The notes under the pieces are model-generated. The model was not told the DNA's origin, searched no databases, and was given only the letters and a program-made list of their open reading frames with translations. From Tubulanus polymorphus (lineage: Eukaryota > Animalia > Nemertea): 64,000 nt of DNA. Both the position numbers and the translations under genes were made by a program. Positions 1 to 13,578 of this stretch are shown piece after piece. Where the stretch lies: assembly GCF_964204645.1 (NCBI RefSeq), contig NC_134033.1, positions 10,982,655-11,046,654 of the forward strand. The letters run 5' to 3'. The first letter of the stretch is position 1, and every line of letters begins with the position of its first letter.

Positions 1-1355
1 CACGCGGCAGTTGTAAAATACCTACAAACAGAAAAACAGTTTCTTTTTTTAAATACAACTTTAACTCAATAATTAAGGAGTTGATGAGTGGCTCATAGGC
101 TGGCGTATTAAAATCATTTACTACACGCAGAATTGAAATACTGCGTGACAAAAAGCTGTATAATTAAATGGCAAATTTTACATTCTAACTGAAAATATTG
201 AATTTCAATTGCCTGGGAGACGAATTTTGAATTTTTGACAAATTTTCGCGTTGAAATTTGAAAATTTTAGCGAACTGTGTCATGAACTGAAAGAAGTATT
301 CACTCGGAGGGATAGAATTTTAAATTTTAAACGTAAATATCTGAATCTATCGGAAGAGCACATAAATCATTGTATCATTTTTTGATTTATCGGATAATTC
401 TATATTTTCTCTTGATTTCACTCGTGAAACTCGAGATTCTCATTGCTTTTTATTTCGCATTCTCATCTCGCTTGTGAATAATAATAGCAGTTACCTGAGC
501 TTCATCGTTATCCAAATATCTGCTTTTATCAGCTTCAAAATTATAGCTTCAAATATTTGCCTCAATATTTCACTGTTGCTATTTCAATGGTATGGCTTTG
601 ATCCGGTTTCGGTCGCAGATTGAATTCGTGCACTGTGCCAAATTTGAAATATGAAAAAAAATGAATGGCACGGATCAGTCCATTATTGGCACTGTGCCTA
701 GCAGCCACAGTCTTAATTATGATTTCTATATTTGGTTTAAACGTAAAATCAAACAAAAGAAGCTAAAATTACTTATGTAAATCATAATATATTAAGACCC
801 TAATGACTGTCGAGGGTAAATTCAATCCAGTCATGGCTTATTCCGGTCTTTTCTAAAACTAAGCCGTCTGGCTGAAGTTCATTGTTGACTGTTTGATTTT
901 ACGTGTGAAATAATGCTGGATTTTTTACGAAAAGCTTTTTATTAATATCTCGCTCGTCTCTTTAGCAAAATATTTTGCGAGGTAAATGAACGCATCCAAC
1001 CTTTTTGACTTATCCAAACTGCTCGAAGAGAATTTTTTGCGCGCAGACTCGCTTTATCTTTATCGAGATAAGATTTATGAATTAACATTAGTGTATCTGT
1101 GAATACCAGACGTGATGTGCTGCTGATGCCGTGCGGAATTTCCTGCTACCTGTTTGTTTGCATAATGAAATATGTTTCGGTGTTCGGAAATGATATAAAC
1201 CATAACCCATAACCATACATAAAAAATTGTGGTCTGGCCGATTATCTGTTGGAGTTCGTACAGATAAAAGTAGAACTGTTTACCGAGCAGAAATATGTGC
1301 TATCATTGTCTTTATGAATACCGGTTAAATCTCTTAGATTATAAAGGTAGCAGCT

Positions 1356-1438
1356 CCTATTGTTCCTGAACAGCAGCTGAGCTTCCCCTACTGTTCCTGA
1401 ACAGCAGCTGAGCTTCCCCTACTGTACCTGAACAGCAG
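1356..1438. repeat. 31-bp tandem repeat (cctactgttcctgaacagcagctgagcttcc), ~2.7 copies
   Basis: Direct inspection. Confidence 0.85.
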
Positions 1439-2675
1439 TATTTGTTACTGCTGTTTTCAAAGAAATGAACTCGATTACTGATTGATTTGGGAACAGACTA
1501 TAGAATAAATCGAGGTTGGAAGTGGAACAGACTATAGAATAAATTGATGTGGGAGGAGGTTGAGGTGAAATCAGAAACAAATTCAGATATTTGCAGATAT
1601 TCCTCAAAACTCAAGGAATAACCTCACTGTTTTAAGTAAATTTTTCGGCTACTAATGCGCTAGGGGTGAAACGAGCTCTTCACTTGAGATGATAAGAAAA
1701 ATGGATGCGTTTATTTGTTGATCTATATTTTGCTATATTTCATACACGTATACATCACTTAAGTATTATAAATACTGCACTAATTGATATGAATTTGATC
1801 TTCAATATCATTTTCATTATGATATTCTATTATTGCTCTAATTATAATCGTCATAACTAATGTCATATATATATATATATAATTATTATTATTACTATTA
1901 TTATTATGATATTCAATATGGTTAAATAATATATATAAACATATACGTATGTTATGTTAGCCAGCGCTTATTTGCTAGGCTATTTTTTCATCATTAATGC
2001 ATTTGAGCAATTATTTTTTTTTCTCGAAATTCATGAGATGAAAATGCATGCGCCGTGTAAAGTATACGGTAATTTCGGAGATAATGAACAATTTAAGACG
2101 TATTGAAAGTGAATTCGTTGAGACTCACTTTTAAGCTGGATGCACACGGCAGTCAAAAACACAGAAAACAGTTTTTGTAACGCAGTATGACGCACTAGAA
2201 AACAAAAACATTGATGTTTTCTTTTTGGTTCGGGATTGGAAAAAACAAGAAAAAGCTAATGGAGATTTTAGTTCATCTAAAGCCCTATCACCAGCCCTCC
2301 TTCATTGTTTTATAAGACTATTAGCCGGCAAAGCTTTCTTCTAGAACACTTAAGATAGCTGACAGTGGCCATATTGGATTCTTACGTTGTTCATATTGGA
2401 TCTCATTCCTGCTATATACAATCTACAGTTTTTACTGCTGAATATTCTATAACTTGGTACCGGAAGTGGCATATATGCAGCCTCTACTAGACTTTCGCTT
2501 ACTGGTTGAAACAGTTTTGCTCCGGGATATTTCAAGAAGGTTGGAGGCCGTCAATAAAAGGGGTGAAAACAACTCTTTAGTTCGCATTTGTTTAGGAACC
2601 CTGCCACAGGAATGTCACAAACATTTATTCCGATTTACCACCATATTTTTTGCGTCGCATTCATTTTAATGATAT

Positions 2676-2688
2676 TTATTATTATTGA

Positions 2689-2740
<52 letters not shown>
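2676..2740. repeat. (ATT)n microsatellite; others at ~9475-9545, 13529-13578, 21890-21930
   Basis: Direct inspection; explains poly-Ile ORFs. Confidence 0.95.
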
Positions 2741-2824
2741 GCATCATCATTTTCGCGCTTGGCCGATGCATTGTTCGCTGTAGATGTTTGAGTGCCGTAC
2801 GTTTTGTGTCTTTTTTTCTTACAG

Positions 2825-3130
2825 TGGAGACAAACGCCAAACGAATCATCCTCAGCCTCCACTTCTAGTGCCGCTGCCGCTGCTGCTGCTGCTACTGCCG
2901 CTGCTGCCGTTGCATCGTCCACATCCGCGCCTTCCGTTGCTTCTACTTCTACTACTACCACTACCACGCCTCGGTATACGCCGGTCGTGGCGGCCGCGGC
3001 GGCTAGTGCCCCCGGCGGCGTCGCGACGCTTAATCATCACCACGGCACATTCCCGCCGACGCCGTCGCCAACGGCCGGCTATATCGATGGTTATCGGCTA
3101 CGATTTACATCGCCGGAAATGTTGCCTTAT
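2825..3130 (+). CDS. mbl: Muscleblind candidate exon (Ala/Ser/Thr-rich, phase 0-0, 102 codons: WRQTPNESS...FTSPEMLPY), probably an alternative cassette
   Basis: Acceptor ttttttcttacag|2825, donor TAT|gtgagt at 3131; GC-rich open frame in AT-rich background; 306 nt keeps frame with exon 5530. Confidence 0.6.
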
Positions 3131-4617
3131 GTGAGTTTGTTGACCAAGACGTTCCCCGTGTGTGTGCGTGCGTGTGTGTGAGAGTGTTAGTTGATATAGC
3201 CGTCCAATCTACGGGCCATTTAAAACATCAATCGACCCTTTTGAGTTAGAATCAGTTTCATTTAGATATAAAGTCAAATGTTAACTAACTCACAACAGTT
3301 AGAATGGTTTGCTGTGCATTGTCAATATCGGGAAACTCATCCTGAAAATCAAAAACTGCAGTGGATTGTTAACGTACAGCACTATAACCGGCTCTGAGAG
3401 TCTATTGTTGATTGAAAATCATAAATTGATTGATTTTGACTTCAACGTCGGCTCCCAAACCATGAAAACTTTTATCATCGATTTAAAAAGTGAGAAATTG
3501 ATGTTTTGAGCGGCTTTAACTAAACACAACTGAGAAAGAAACAAAAGCAGAACAAATCTAACCGGAAAAATCTTATTGATTTTGTAATTGAATCAGAATC
3601 ACAGGTTTTTTTGACAAATTGTTTGATGTTGTGATTGAAGTGATTATATGGCTGCTTGTGGTTGTCAGTGTTTTCATCAATCAGTTGAAATGCTACAATA
3701 TTGCTCTTAATGATGCCGGATGCTGGCGACATGCTAAACTTTGTCATTACAAATTGTTTCTTCAATTCCTGATATGTCAGTTCGATATCTGAATCTATGA
3801 TCAGGTGATAAACTAGTTTGGATATCTTTGAATTTTGAAATTTTGCGCTGCATTCTGCCTGGAAACTCATCGAAAATATTGAAGTGCTACCATTACATTT
3901 ATTCATTATATTGTGAATTCATTTTTGGCTTCTGGTTGTAAAGTCGCCATTCACTGTGGATCCAAGAACCACCACTTTTTCAGGCCATTATTGACTCGTA
4001 GTTGAGTGAGATTATAACCTGTCTATAAAATCAGGCCCCATAATCGACGTTATAAAACAGTTAGGCAAACATGGATTTTTTTTTAAATCTCGAAACAAGG
4101 ACCTTGAGTTTCTGTGGCAGTTTGTATAAAACTAGGAGATCGTTTAAATGAGAGCAATTTTGCATCATTTCGTCAGGAAAGTTGAGTGTTTTCACCTGGA
4201 ACAGTGGACAAACAATTTGATTGACAGCGCATTTAAAATATCTTCATAAATCATCGGCACGTTTCGCTCCCTGATGAAGATTACTACGTTTTTACATGGC
4301 GATCAAATCGTTTTTCCATAAATCCACGACCGAGTTTCGTTGTTCTCTGTTTTCTGATCATATTTAAGACTTTCGGATATTTGAAGCGAGAACTACGCGA
4401 AACGGTGGTCAGTTTAAAAACGGAGTGAATTCTTAAATCGATTCAATATATATATATATACACACTGAATTAACATTGAAATGAAATCGATCGAAGAGTT
4501 CACCCGCACTTTACGTGTCTCAAGAAGATAATCGTGTTTTTTTGCACTCATCGCACGCTTTGGAAATAAATATTTTGCTGAAATTTACTCACTCGCTTAT
4601 ACATGTATATATATATA

Positions 4618-4651
<34 letters not shown>

Positions 4652-5529
4652 TATATTATAATAGCTATCATGGCCCCATAATGTGTGAATGTGCATGCAT
4701 ATCATATTATCATTATAGACATTTTTATAACATATGGATATATTTGTCTTTTGTGGGTTTGTGTTTTTTGTTTGATGTGCTTTGTTCGCAGTTTTTTCTC
4801 TCCATATACTAACAGCTTATTGCACTAGTTGCATCACTTTTTTCGTGTATAATATTGTGCAATCATTTTGTGCTCAGGATAGATAGAGTCAAGTGCTGTA
4901 GTCGGTTCCCGGGAACCTGTTTGTTCAACAGTCAGTGTCTACGGTCAAAATTAATTGATTTTCAATTTAGTCAAATTCAACCAACAACAGTGTTCTGAGT
5001 CTGGTTGGAAATCTTTGACAGCTCAGAAAACTTTGAAACAGTGACCTTTTTTGAAATGATAGTTGGATGTTTTTATTTTGACCGGGTTCGTTGGACTCGG
5101 TTCGTTGGACTCGGTTCATTAAGCCAGGCTTATTCGATTGAGCATTTGAACAATGTCGATGCCCAGTCATGCAGTCTATGTATAAGACCGATCTGAGCTG
5201 ATTTTGGCCGCAATCATACAAATCTCGGGTTTAAGCCTCTTTAAACGGAGGGTTTCGTTAGTAATAGATTTATCGATCAGTTATATCGGTCTTATATTTA
5301 GACTCCCGTGGAGCTGAGGACACAAAGTCTTTCTCAATAGCTATGATCACACAAGTTTTTTTTGGCTTGGGCCATATTTGGCTTGGGCCTGATGGTGCCA
5401 AATCGTCTCTGTGTGATCGCGGCTAATGTCTTAAAGAAAAAGATTGTTTTAATGATTAAGAATAACTCATTGAAATAATTGCGAATGTACGTAATAACGA
5501 TGTTCTGTTTTATATATACGTACATATAG

Positions 5530-5733
5530 GCTCATCCGACTTACTTCAACCCCGGTCTCCAAACTGCTGCATCATTCAATCCATACCTAACATCGGGCGT
5601 CGCCATGCCCGGCATCATGCAGACGCAGGACGGTTCACCGGTCCCGCAACACGCGGGTCAAATACAGACCCTACCGGTACAACAGGCTGGACCTACGGCT
5701 AAAACAACCGTACCTCGAGCTGATAGACTGGAG
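5530..5733 (+). CDS. mbl: Muscleblind linker exon AHPTYFNPGLQTAASFNPYL...VPRADRLE
   Basis: tatag|GCT and GAG|gtaagc; 204 nt; contains the MBNL-typical FNPYL and R(T/S/A)DRLE motifs that precede ZnF3. Confidence 0.93.
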
Positions 5734-8700
5734 GTAAGCTGAATATTATACTATAAAACACTAACACACAACACCTCAATACAGTTTAACTATATCAAAA
5801 TATACGAATATATATTTATGTATATATGAATACTGATATTCGTGTACAATTAGTTTTTAAAATATCAAGTCCAGTTTTATAGACTTGGTTTGATAGTTTA
5901 TTTACTATGATGCTGGCAGTGCTCGGTGTGATCGTGAACAATTTATCAACACGTAATAGTTAGCTCCTAGTCTATAAAATTGGGCTGTGTTTCTCGAAGC
6001 AGCACTCCAATATCCTTGCCATGTTTCACTTTTATACAAAATATTTGAATCAAGAAATGAAGTTTTGATGAACTATTTTCTTAGGAAATCCGCGTAAATT
6101 TGGTTTAGACGAAAATGTCGATGATTTTGCGTTGAATTTTTGTTATTTTTCCGTGAGCATCGCAGGGATTTTTCGCTGGTTCTGGTTCAGAAAATTACAG
6201 CAGCCTCGGTATAATTTTTTAAAGTACAATATTCCAGACACGTTTCGACGCTATATCGTAGCTCTGATATATCTTATCACATTCCCCTATTTACCATTTA
6301 CATATATATATATATATAAATATATATCTTTTGACGGTGAAATATTCGCGACCGTTTTCAACATTTCCTATTTGAGGTTGCGACTGTATTAGATGTGATA
6401 TTATCCTTTTTTTTTTTTTCAAAAGCTTGGTACAACTATAACTTGTTATTTTTTTCTTCAATTTTTATGAATCTGACTGCTCTAGCTGGTTTTATTGGTA
6501 GTGATGGTGTGTAACGTTATTTAGAAATATATTGACTTCGAAAAAAAAACGTTGAATCAAAGTCGCGCGTGACCCATTCCTATCAGCTTCTACATCCTAC
6601 GTATCTTGAAAAAAAAAACGTCCACGTTTGGGTCACAGTTTTTTTTGTTTTTTTTTTTGATTCGAGAATTCTTTGGCATTTTTAAGTTCGTTTTTGTCCT
6701 CGTTAATCTTTCAGGGCAATATGAAATGTTCACATTAGAGATTTTCTTATCAACCATTAATGATTTCTATTTCCTTCATTTACTGGAAAAAGGTGGTTCT
6801 TATTCTTAATTCTCTTCTTTGGCTGTTGAGCTACTGTTAAGAAGCTACTGTTAAGAATATTTTTTCTTAACATTTCATGGCTATTACTTTTAGACCTGTT
6901 GAGAGAATTTGAATGCTCACCCCAGAAAATATCTACGATCAAATACTTTTGAATTTGGGTAGTTGAGAATATTTAGACAATTTCTTCAATTTTCAAAGTT
7001 TTTTTTCTTTGAGACGCATCTGTGAGGGAGCAATGTGTGTTTAATTGATGTGAAGGAATCCCCCCTCCCTCCCCCCATAACTACAGTTTATTAGTTCAAC
7101 ATATTGAAGTAAGAATCTTTCTTTCCTTGGGTAAAAAAAACAACGAGAGAGAGTCATCATTGATGGTCTGTTGCACCGCTGCGAACTGTTGCATAGTTAC
7201 CAACCATCGCATACTACGTAGGTCTTCACGAGAACGATCTTATAACTGTCAACTTTACGCGCGAAAAGTGACAAGAAAATACGAATATGTCGTAGAATAT
7301 CTGTAGAAATTCTTCTTGAGTTATCTTTATTGATTTATATTTCTACCATCGGTCTGATTCTGGTTCTAACGCGTGTGTTGTATGTATGAGAGTTGTATTA
7401 ATAATGTATGAATGTTCAATAGTATTTATACTGATTCATTACTAACCATTTATGTCAAAAAAATTATACAAGAGAAACTTATAGAAAACCCTACTACATT
7501 AGTCTCTCTAGTCATAGAACTATAAGTGAACCAGAACTCTGACTCTGTGATTTCAATATACATTTGCCTTCGCAATCTTTGAAATTCATTAGAGCGCCCT
7601 CTACATTAACTAAAAACAATAGATGCTTGACAATATTTTCTCCGCGAGCATTCAGGATTGTGTTTACAAGATTTGATGAAGTTTTAAGTTCTTAGCTAAT
7701 CTTGAAAAACGCTAATTAAGAATAGAGACCGCCGGCAACCAGTATAGAACACAAGTTTGAGGAGTCGCTCTATCGATAGAACAAAATGAAATGTTCTGTC
7801 TTTGATTAGTCAAATACGAGAAATATCAATTTGACTTTTGTGCTCCGTGAAAATGACTATCGCTAAATATGATATCAAATGATTATTCAATATATGTAAA
7901 TAAAGATAATCCCTGATTTGAGCTCGGTTAATTACGAGTCAGACATATTCTCTGTAATGCACTGATACAGTGTCATATTATCATCTTTCTGTACAAAACT
8001 GTACATAATGCACCAGTATATCAGCACCTGCCATGAACTAATGAACGTTTCATCCTAATTAATGGCTAATTATCTTTTCATGGGCGGCCATTTTAATGAA
8101 TTATGTCACTGTTACGATCACATTGTATTTTCGGCAGGCGTCCTCGTTTTGAGGTATAATAACAAAAAAAGCTGGTCCTCACTTAACTGAACCCTCGTTC
8201 AATCATGATTAGATCTCGTATGTCTACTGACAGCAGCAGCTTCTTTTATTCATTATTGTTCCATTGAATTATATACGTAATTATCATTTTCCTATTATGT
8301 CAAGGTCAGACAACGCTAGAGTTGCGAGTAATTGTTGGTTCGTGATTTTTAGGATAGAATGTATGTTTATGTGTGTGAATGGTGAATCTAGGCTCAAACC
8401 CTTACGGTGCAACTTAACATCTCTCAACTTCCAGTGACTATTAGTGTGGCTGGAAAATGTGTGCAGCAGAGTTGGATCATGAAATATATGTTTGATATTA
8501 GTCCAGTCATCCTCCCTCGTAGAGACATCGAGACTCTACTACCAGTAGTACCCGGCCAAATAGATCCATTGTTGTCATTATCAACCAATCAGAAATCACA
8601 TTTCAATTAAGTCGAGAATATTCTATTCATGCGCTTAATAGATTACATACAATTGACAATCTGATTGGTAATTTTTCACTACTGTATATGCGCGTAGGCT

Positions 8701-9645
8701 ATTTAGGTAGGGTTTCGTGCTGTGGTAGAGTCTCGCAATGGTTCCTCAGGTTAAAGTCCCTGCCGATTGAGAGTAGCAATCCGGGAGATCGCACGCGGGT
8801 CATTAAAACATGCATCAGTGACTTTCTACTAGCGCTCAGATCCCCTTGTCTGCAGTCGATGACAGTCAGAAAAATATATAAATCTGATACATGTAGATAA
8901 CTTTTATGTCTCTCCCACTTATGACAAACAAAATCCAAATCCTTTTACTCCAATATCGTGGAACGTGTGATCCTTAAGAATATTCCATCAAAATGCCATT
9001 TCTTCTATTTCTAATCAACAATGCAATGATTACAAATTTATTCGAGTGTGATCCGACCAACACGTGCGTAATCCGTCAACACTAGGATAAACCGTTCAAC
9101 TTTGGGATAATACCTCTAAAATGGCCCTCCCCGCATAACAACCATGCAGAAGTATTTTACGTATCTCCACAATCGCCACTTTTTAAAACAACAAATGCCA
9201 AGAAAATCACTCCATATAATTAGATTATGTATTTATATTATCGATAACAGTAAAGAATGGTTAGGGTTAGTATAAATCTGAATGATTGTTAGAATACTGA
9301 TAGGTATCTATAATGATCTCCATAGCCACAGTTTATTGGAGATCCCACATAATCTCCGCAGGCACAGGAGATCACATAAACCAACGGATCAATTATTTAG
9401 TTCTAAAGATGGTTTCCACAGATATTTCATTATCGAATATCTAAATAGTTATTATTATAATCATATTATCATTAACATTATTATTATTATTATCATTATT
9501 ATTATTTTTATTATTATTATTATTATTATTATCATTATCAATATTATGATTATCATAATACTTGACATTGCCAAACGACCGGATATTTCCCATCCTAATA
9601 TATATCGTGTTCACTCACATTGTGTATACTACGTGCATTTATTAG

Positions 9646-9882
9646 GTTTGTCGAGAGTTTCAAAGAGGTAGTTGTACTCGTCAGCCTAGTGATTGTCGCT
9701 TTGCGCACCCCCCTGACCATGTACATGTGGACAACGGTGACAACCACGTCACCGTCTGCATGGATTTTATAAAGGGCAAATGTTCGAGAGACTCGTGTCG
9801 CTACTTCCATCCCCCTCCGCACCTCCAAGCTCAGATCAAAGCCACGCAACAACGTGCTACTCTCGCTGCTCAACAAGCCATG
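9646..9882 (+). CDS. mbl: Muscleblind tandem CCCH ZnF3-4 exon: [23 protein letters not shown]...[32 protein letters not shown]...AM
   Basis: ttag|GTT and ATG|gtaggg; 237 nt; Cx7Cx6Cx3H plus Cx7Cx4Cx3H spacing and HPPxHLQAxIKA are diagnostic for the MBNL second finger pair. Confidence 0.97.
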
Positions 9883-10055
9883 GTAGGGTAAACAACAACA
9901 GCAACCACGTAACGTTCAGACGTAAAACTATAATGGGATTTGAGATGAGGTCAGTCCGAGTCTGTCTGCTGCGGTGCTCTTCCTATTCTAAATCTTTACA
10001 TTTCAACTTCCATTTTTGGACAAAAATCTGTTCATACAGGTATGAATTAACAGCG

Positions 10056-10315
10056 TGGAACCACCAGCACCCCTCTCAAATACATTCGTAATCCCCCTGC
10101 GGTAGCGTCAGTCCGGAACCACCAGCACCTCTCCGTGGTAGCATCAGTCTGACCACCAGCATCCCCTCTGCGGTAGCGGCAGCCTGGTACCACCAGCACC
10201 CCTCCGCGGTAGCGTCAGCCTGGAACCACCAACACCCCTCCGTGGTAGCATCAGTCTGACCACCAGCACCCCTCTCAAATACATTCATAATTTTCCGCGG
10301 TAGCGTCAGTCTGAA
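10056..10315. repeat. Degenerate ~34-37-bp minisatellite (accaccagcaccc...ggtagcgtcagtc)
   Basis: About 7 degenerate copies. Confidence 0.85.
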
Positions 10316-10930
10316 CATGACTCTTGATAGCGTGGTGAAGTATCTGGTGTTTTATAGCCAATATCTTTTAGTTCATTTGCAATAAATGATATAACCGGTG
10401 ACATCTTGTGATCAAATGCTGGACGATCGAAAATTGGAAGAATGGTAATAAGGCGACCACGCTGCGAATTGAAACCTGTATATATAGATATATTTGAAGT
10501 TCATAAAACGCACCGTCAGCAGCGACATGGCCGCCTACTCTATCTCAATCATCTCTTATTCTCAGTTGAAAATGTTACAGATCTTGCGCTTTCATCATCA
10601 CACCCATATATATCAGCAACCTGTCTCCACTCAGCCCTTTGATTGCCCCAAGAAGCAAAACAGAATAAGCTTGAAATGGTCAGTTGCTAAAAGGCTGTTA
10701 AATGTAATCTAAAATGGATCCAGTTAAATGGATCCAGTTCCGCAATGTCGTGTGTTAACTCATCAACTCGGTTCTTCAGAGTGAACTCTGCAGCAGTTGA
10801 ACTTGAAAAAAATAATCTGTCAATTCTTTACTTCACAATTGTAGTATGTAAAAGTGTTGGACCTGGGTTCAATCCAACAGTCTTCAATCTAAAAAACTGG
10901 TCCTAAGTTGTAAGAAGGGCTTAGACTTCT

Positions 10931-11207
10931 GGGGCCGGTTGCACAGTCATGGCTTAGACTTAAGACCAGTCTAAGACTAACTTAGTTCTGTAGCTAATCT
11001 AACAATTGGGACCAGTCCCATAGTCATGGCTTAGACTTAAGACCAATTTAAGACTATTTTAGTTCTATAGCCAATCTAACAACTTAAGACCAGTCTTAAA
11101 ATCTAAGGCCATTTTTGGACTTAAGTCTCAACTGAGGAACTGGCCCCTGGAGACTAGTCTGGAGATTTAAGACCACTTTTGGACTTTAGTTACGACTGTG
11201 CAACTGG
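10931..11207. mobile_element. MITE with termini cc(g/a)gttgcacagtc...gactgtgcaactgg and a nested related copy (~11028-11148); relatives near 35.1 and 37.8-38.05 kb
   Basis: Terminal inverted repeats; repeated internal ttaagaccagtct motif; non-coding. Confidence 0.75.
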
Positions 11208-11459
11208 ATTAAGCATGAACAAACCTAACCCTTTCTGGAATTTGGATTGAATTTATTGTAGAACAGCCATCATAAATGTTCTTTTTTCTTAAAAAGACAG
11301 CTTTTCTTCTAGAGGTGGACACTCATTTCCAAAATAGCATTTAACAACCTTTGAGTAACTGGTCCCCAGATCAGCAGCATCTTCTCAGAATCATAATGAA
11401 GAGATATTGATTATTTTTAACACATTTCCTAAGCTCTCTGATCTGTTACGTATATCAAA

Positions 11460-11485
11460 CTGCTGCTGCTGCTGCTGCTGCTGCT
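11460..11485 (+). repeat. (CTG)8 intronic repeat; also (CTG)6 at 16082-16099 and (CAG)6 at 27966-27983
   Basis: Direct inspection. Confidence 0.95.
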
Positions 11486-13351
11486 TTCTATCTTGGCCGT
11501 TGTTCGCGTACATGCGCTTCTTTCATTTCGAGCTGTCTGATTATTGTAGATATCGCTCTATTTGTGAAATTAGTGAATTAGTTATAGTGGAGAAAGGTTT
11601 GCAACTTTTGAAAAAAAGCCTCTCATGTTTCATTTCATTTTCTAACCCTTTTATTTTCAACACTGTTTCTATTTGTGAAACAAAAGAGATGTTTTTTATG
11701 AGCTTTCGATTTTGTGACCAATTGTAGAAACGCAGTTAGGAGGATCAATATTTGCAAATTTTACAAACACGGAGTTCGCAAAAATTTCGACAATCGAATG
11801 CTCCTAAAAACGCTTGAGGATATCATAACTGACCAATCAAAATTCATAAACAACCAGTCATATTGTTATAGATGATCCTAATGTGTGTTAGGTAAATCTA
11901 GTATATTGAGCTGATTAGTTCATATTGCTGAATCATTGAAGTTATTGAGAATGAGAAGATTGTCATTAGTAATTAATGATAAGTCATTGAGAGTAATCTT
12001 AAATTCATTGGTATAATCGAGATTTATATCAGGTTAGAATCATTAGAATGCTGTCAAAATAAGTAGATATAATTCTAATGGATCCCAGATGAAAAATTCA
12101 GTGTTGAAAAATAGGGTTAGCGCTTCTTTTTTTTTATATAGTTGACGAACTAAGCGTTTTGGACGGTTGACGACGTTTGATGCTCCAACTTTTTTACGTA
12201 TTAAGAATACATATTTATATCTGGTATCAGAGTCTCACATGTCATACAATTTTTTTCCGCGTGTTTTTGAAGGTGTTTCGTTTCATCTGTTCCTAAAAAA
12301 AAAAAACGAATTGTGCAAATATTATTAAATGAACCTAGAATTTGAAAGTGTAATTAACATAGATTTAGGCCACTAGAGAACTCCTCTATATAGTTATTTA
12401 TTAGTTGCTGCTGGACTGGGTTGGGTATTTTTCTGACTCTCCTACTATTTCAGGAGGACTTTGTCCTTCTTTAACTAGTTCTGAAGGTTTAGATGTATAT
12501 ATTGCTCTTTAATGCTCTGCTGTTTTGTGCAAACTTTTAGCTGCCTCGCTCGCTGCTGCGTACAAATGTGTACATTATATATCCATATTAACCGTATATG
12601 AGAAATCGTGAGATACTAGCTAGCTTGTATTTTAGTGTGCTCTGATGCTGCCTTTTCGCTGCGTTCCCCGCCCGCTACATTACGCAAATAAACTCCCCCT
12701 AAAACTGAGTGGCCCCCGAGCTTTAGAAAGTCCTCCTCACTCCGAGCTGAAAGCAATCGCACACGCTTAATCAAAACCCTCATATTCTACGTAGTTCGAC
12801 GCCTATCTTTCAGATCAATCGTTACAAATTTTTGCAATCAACGCTAGCTAGCAACTTTTCTTCCAGAAGTTTTCCGAACATAATTGGAACTCGTAGTTCT
12901 ATCCGCATTACTTGCCTATATCTACGTAACTATTACTCTTTATGTGCGAACTTATCGTCTATTGTGGCATCATCGTTAATTTTCGTTACATCGGCGCTCA
13001 AACATTGTTTCTCCTGCTTTTTGTAGTGCAATGAAAAAGGTTTTCCTGCATTTTCTGTGTTTGTTGAGCTCTTTTTCGTCAGAAATGAAACCAACGAAAT
13101 TAATCTTCGGTAGCCGAATAGAAATTTTTTGGTTTCTATGTAGTTTCAGGTTCAGCTGTATTTGAGATTTTTTTGTGTGATTTTTATGGGAAAAATTTCT
13201 TCTTTTCTTTTTCGTGTCCAACTCACAGACACTTCCCCGAACTCAACCCGTTCGCCGGTTATAATGATAAAAAACTGATGATTAAATTTTTTGAATTTTT
13301 GTTTGTTTCAATATCTCTTACCGTTGTCTCTGCACGACATTTCGTTGACAG

Positions 13352-13471
13352 CCTAACGATCACAACCATCAAGCGGTACAAATTCGAACTACGCCAAACC
13401 CGGTGGCCATACAGGGGCCACCTCAACAATGGACAACGCAGCCCCCGCCGCAAGAGGTGCCGTGTACATGT
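13352..13471 (+). CDS. mbl: Muscleblind candidate cassette exon (40 aa, P/Q-rich: PNDHNHQAVQ...PPPQEVPCTC)
   Basis: ttgacag|CCT and TGT|gtaagt; 120 nt, phase 0-0, open; ~120-nt AG-free zone upstream. Confidence 0.6.
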
Positions 13472-13544
13472 GTAAGTTTAAACTGAATAGAAAAAAAACG
13501 AAAGCAAAAAATGAATACTAAATTACAGATTATTATTATTATTA

Positions 13545-13578
<34 letters not shown>

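Noticed and set aside
2784-3134. Leu/Pro-rich ORF and antisense ORFs over the 2825 exon
   Set aside because: Alternate frames of a GC-rich low-complexity exon; not in phase with exon 5530
3520-3906. 128-aa minus-strand ORF
   Set aside because: No recognisable domain, AT-rich, intronic
4807-4830. Perfect TACTAAC branch consensus followed by AG
   Set aside because: AG is too close to the branch point and no credible donor follows
9595-10091. ORFs 9595-9876 (-) and 9780-10091 (+)
   Set aside because: Shadows of the real ZnF3-4 exon, which lies in a different frame
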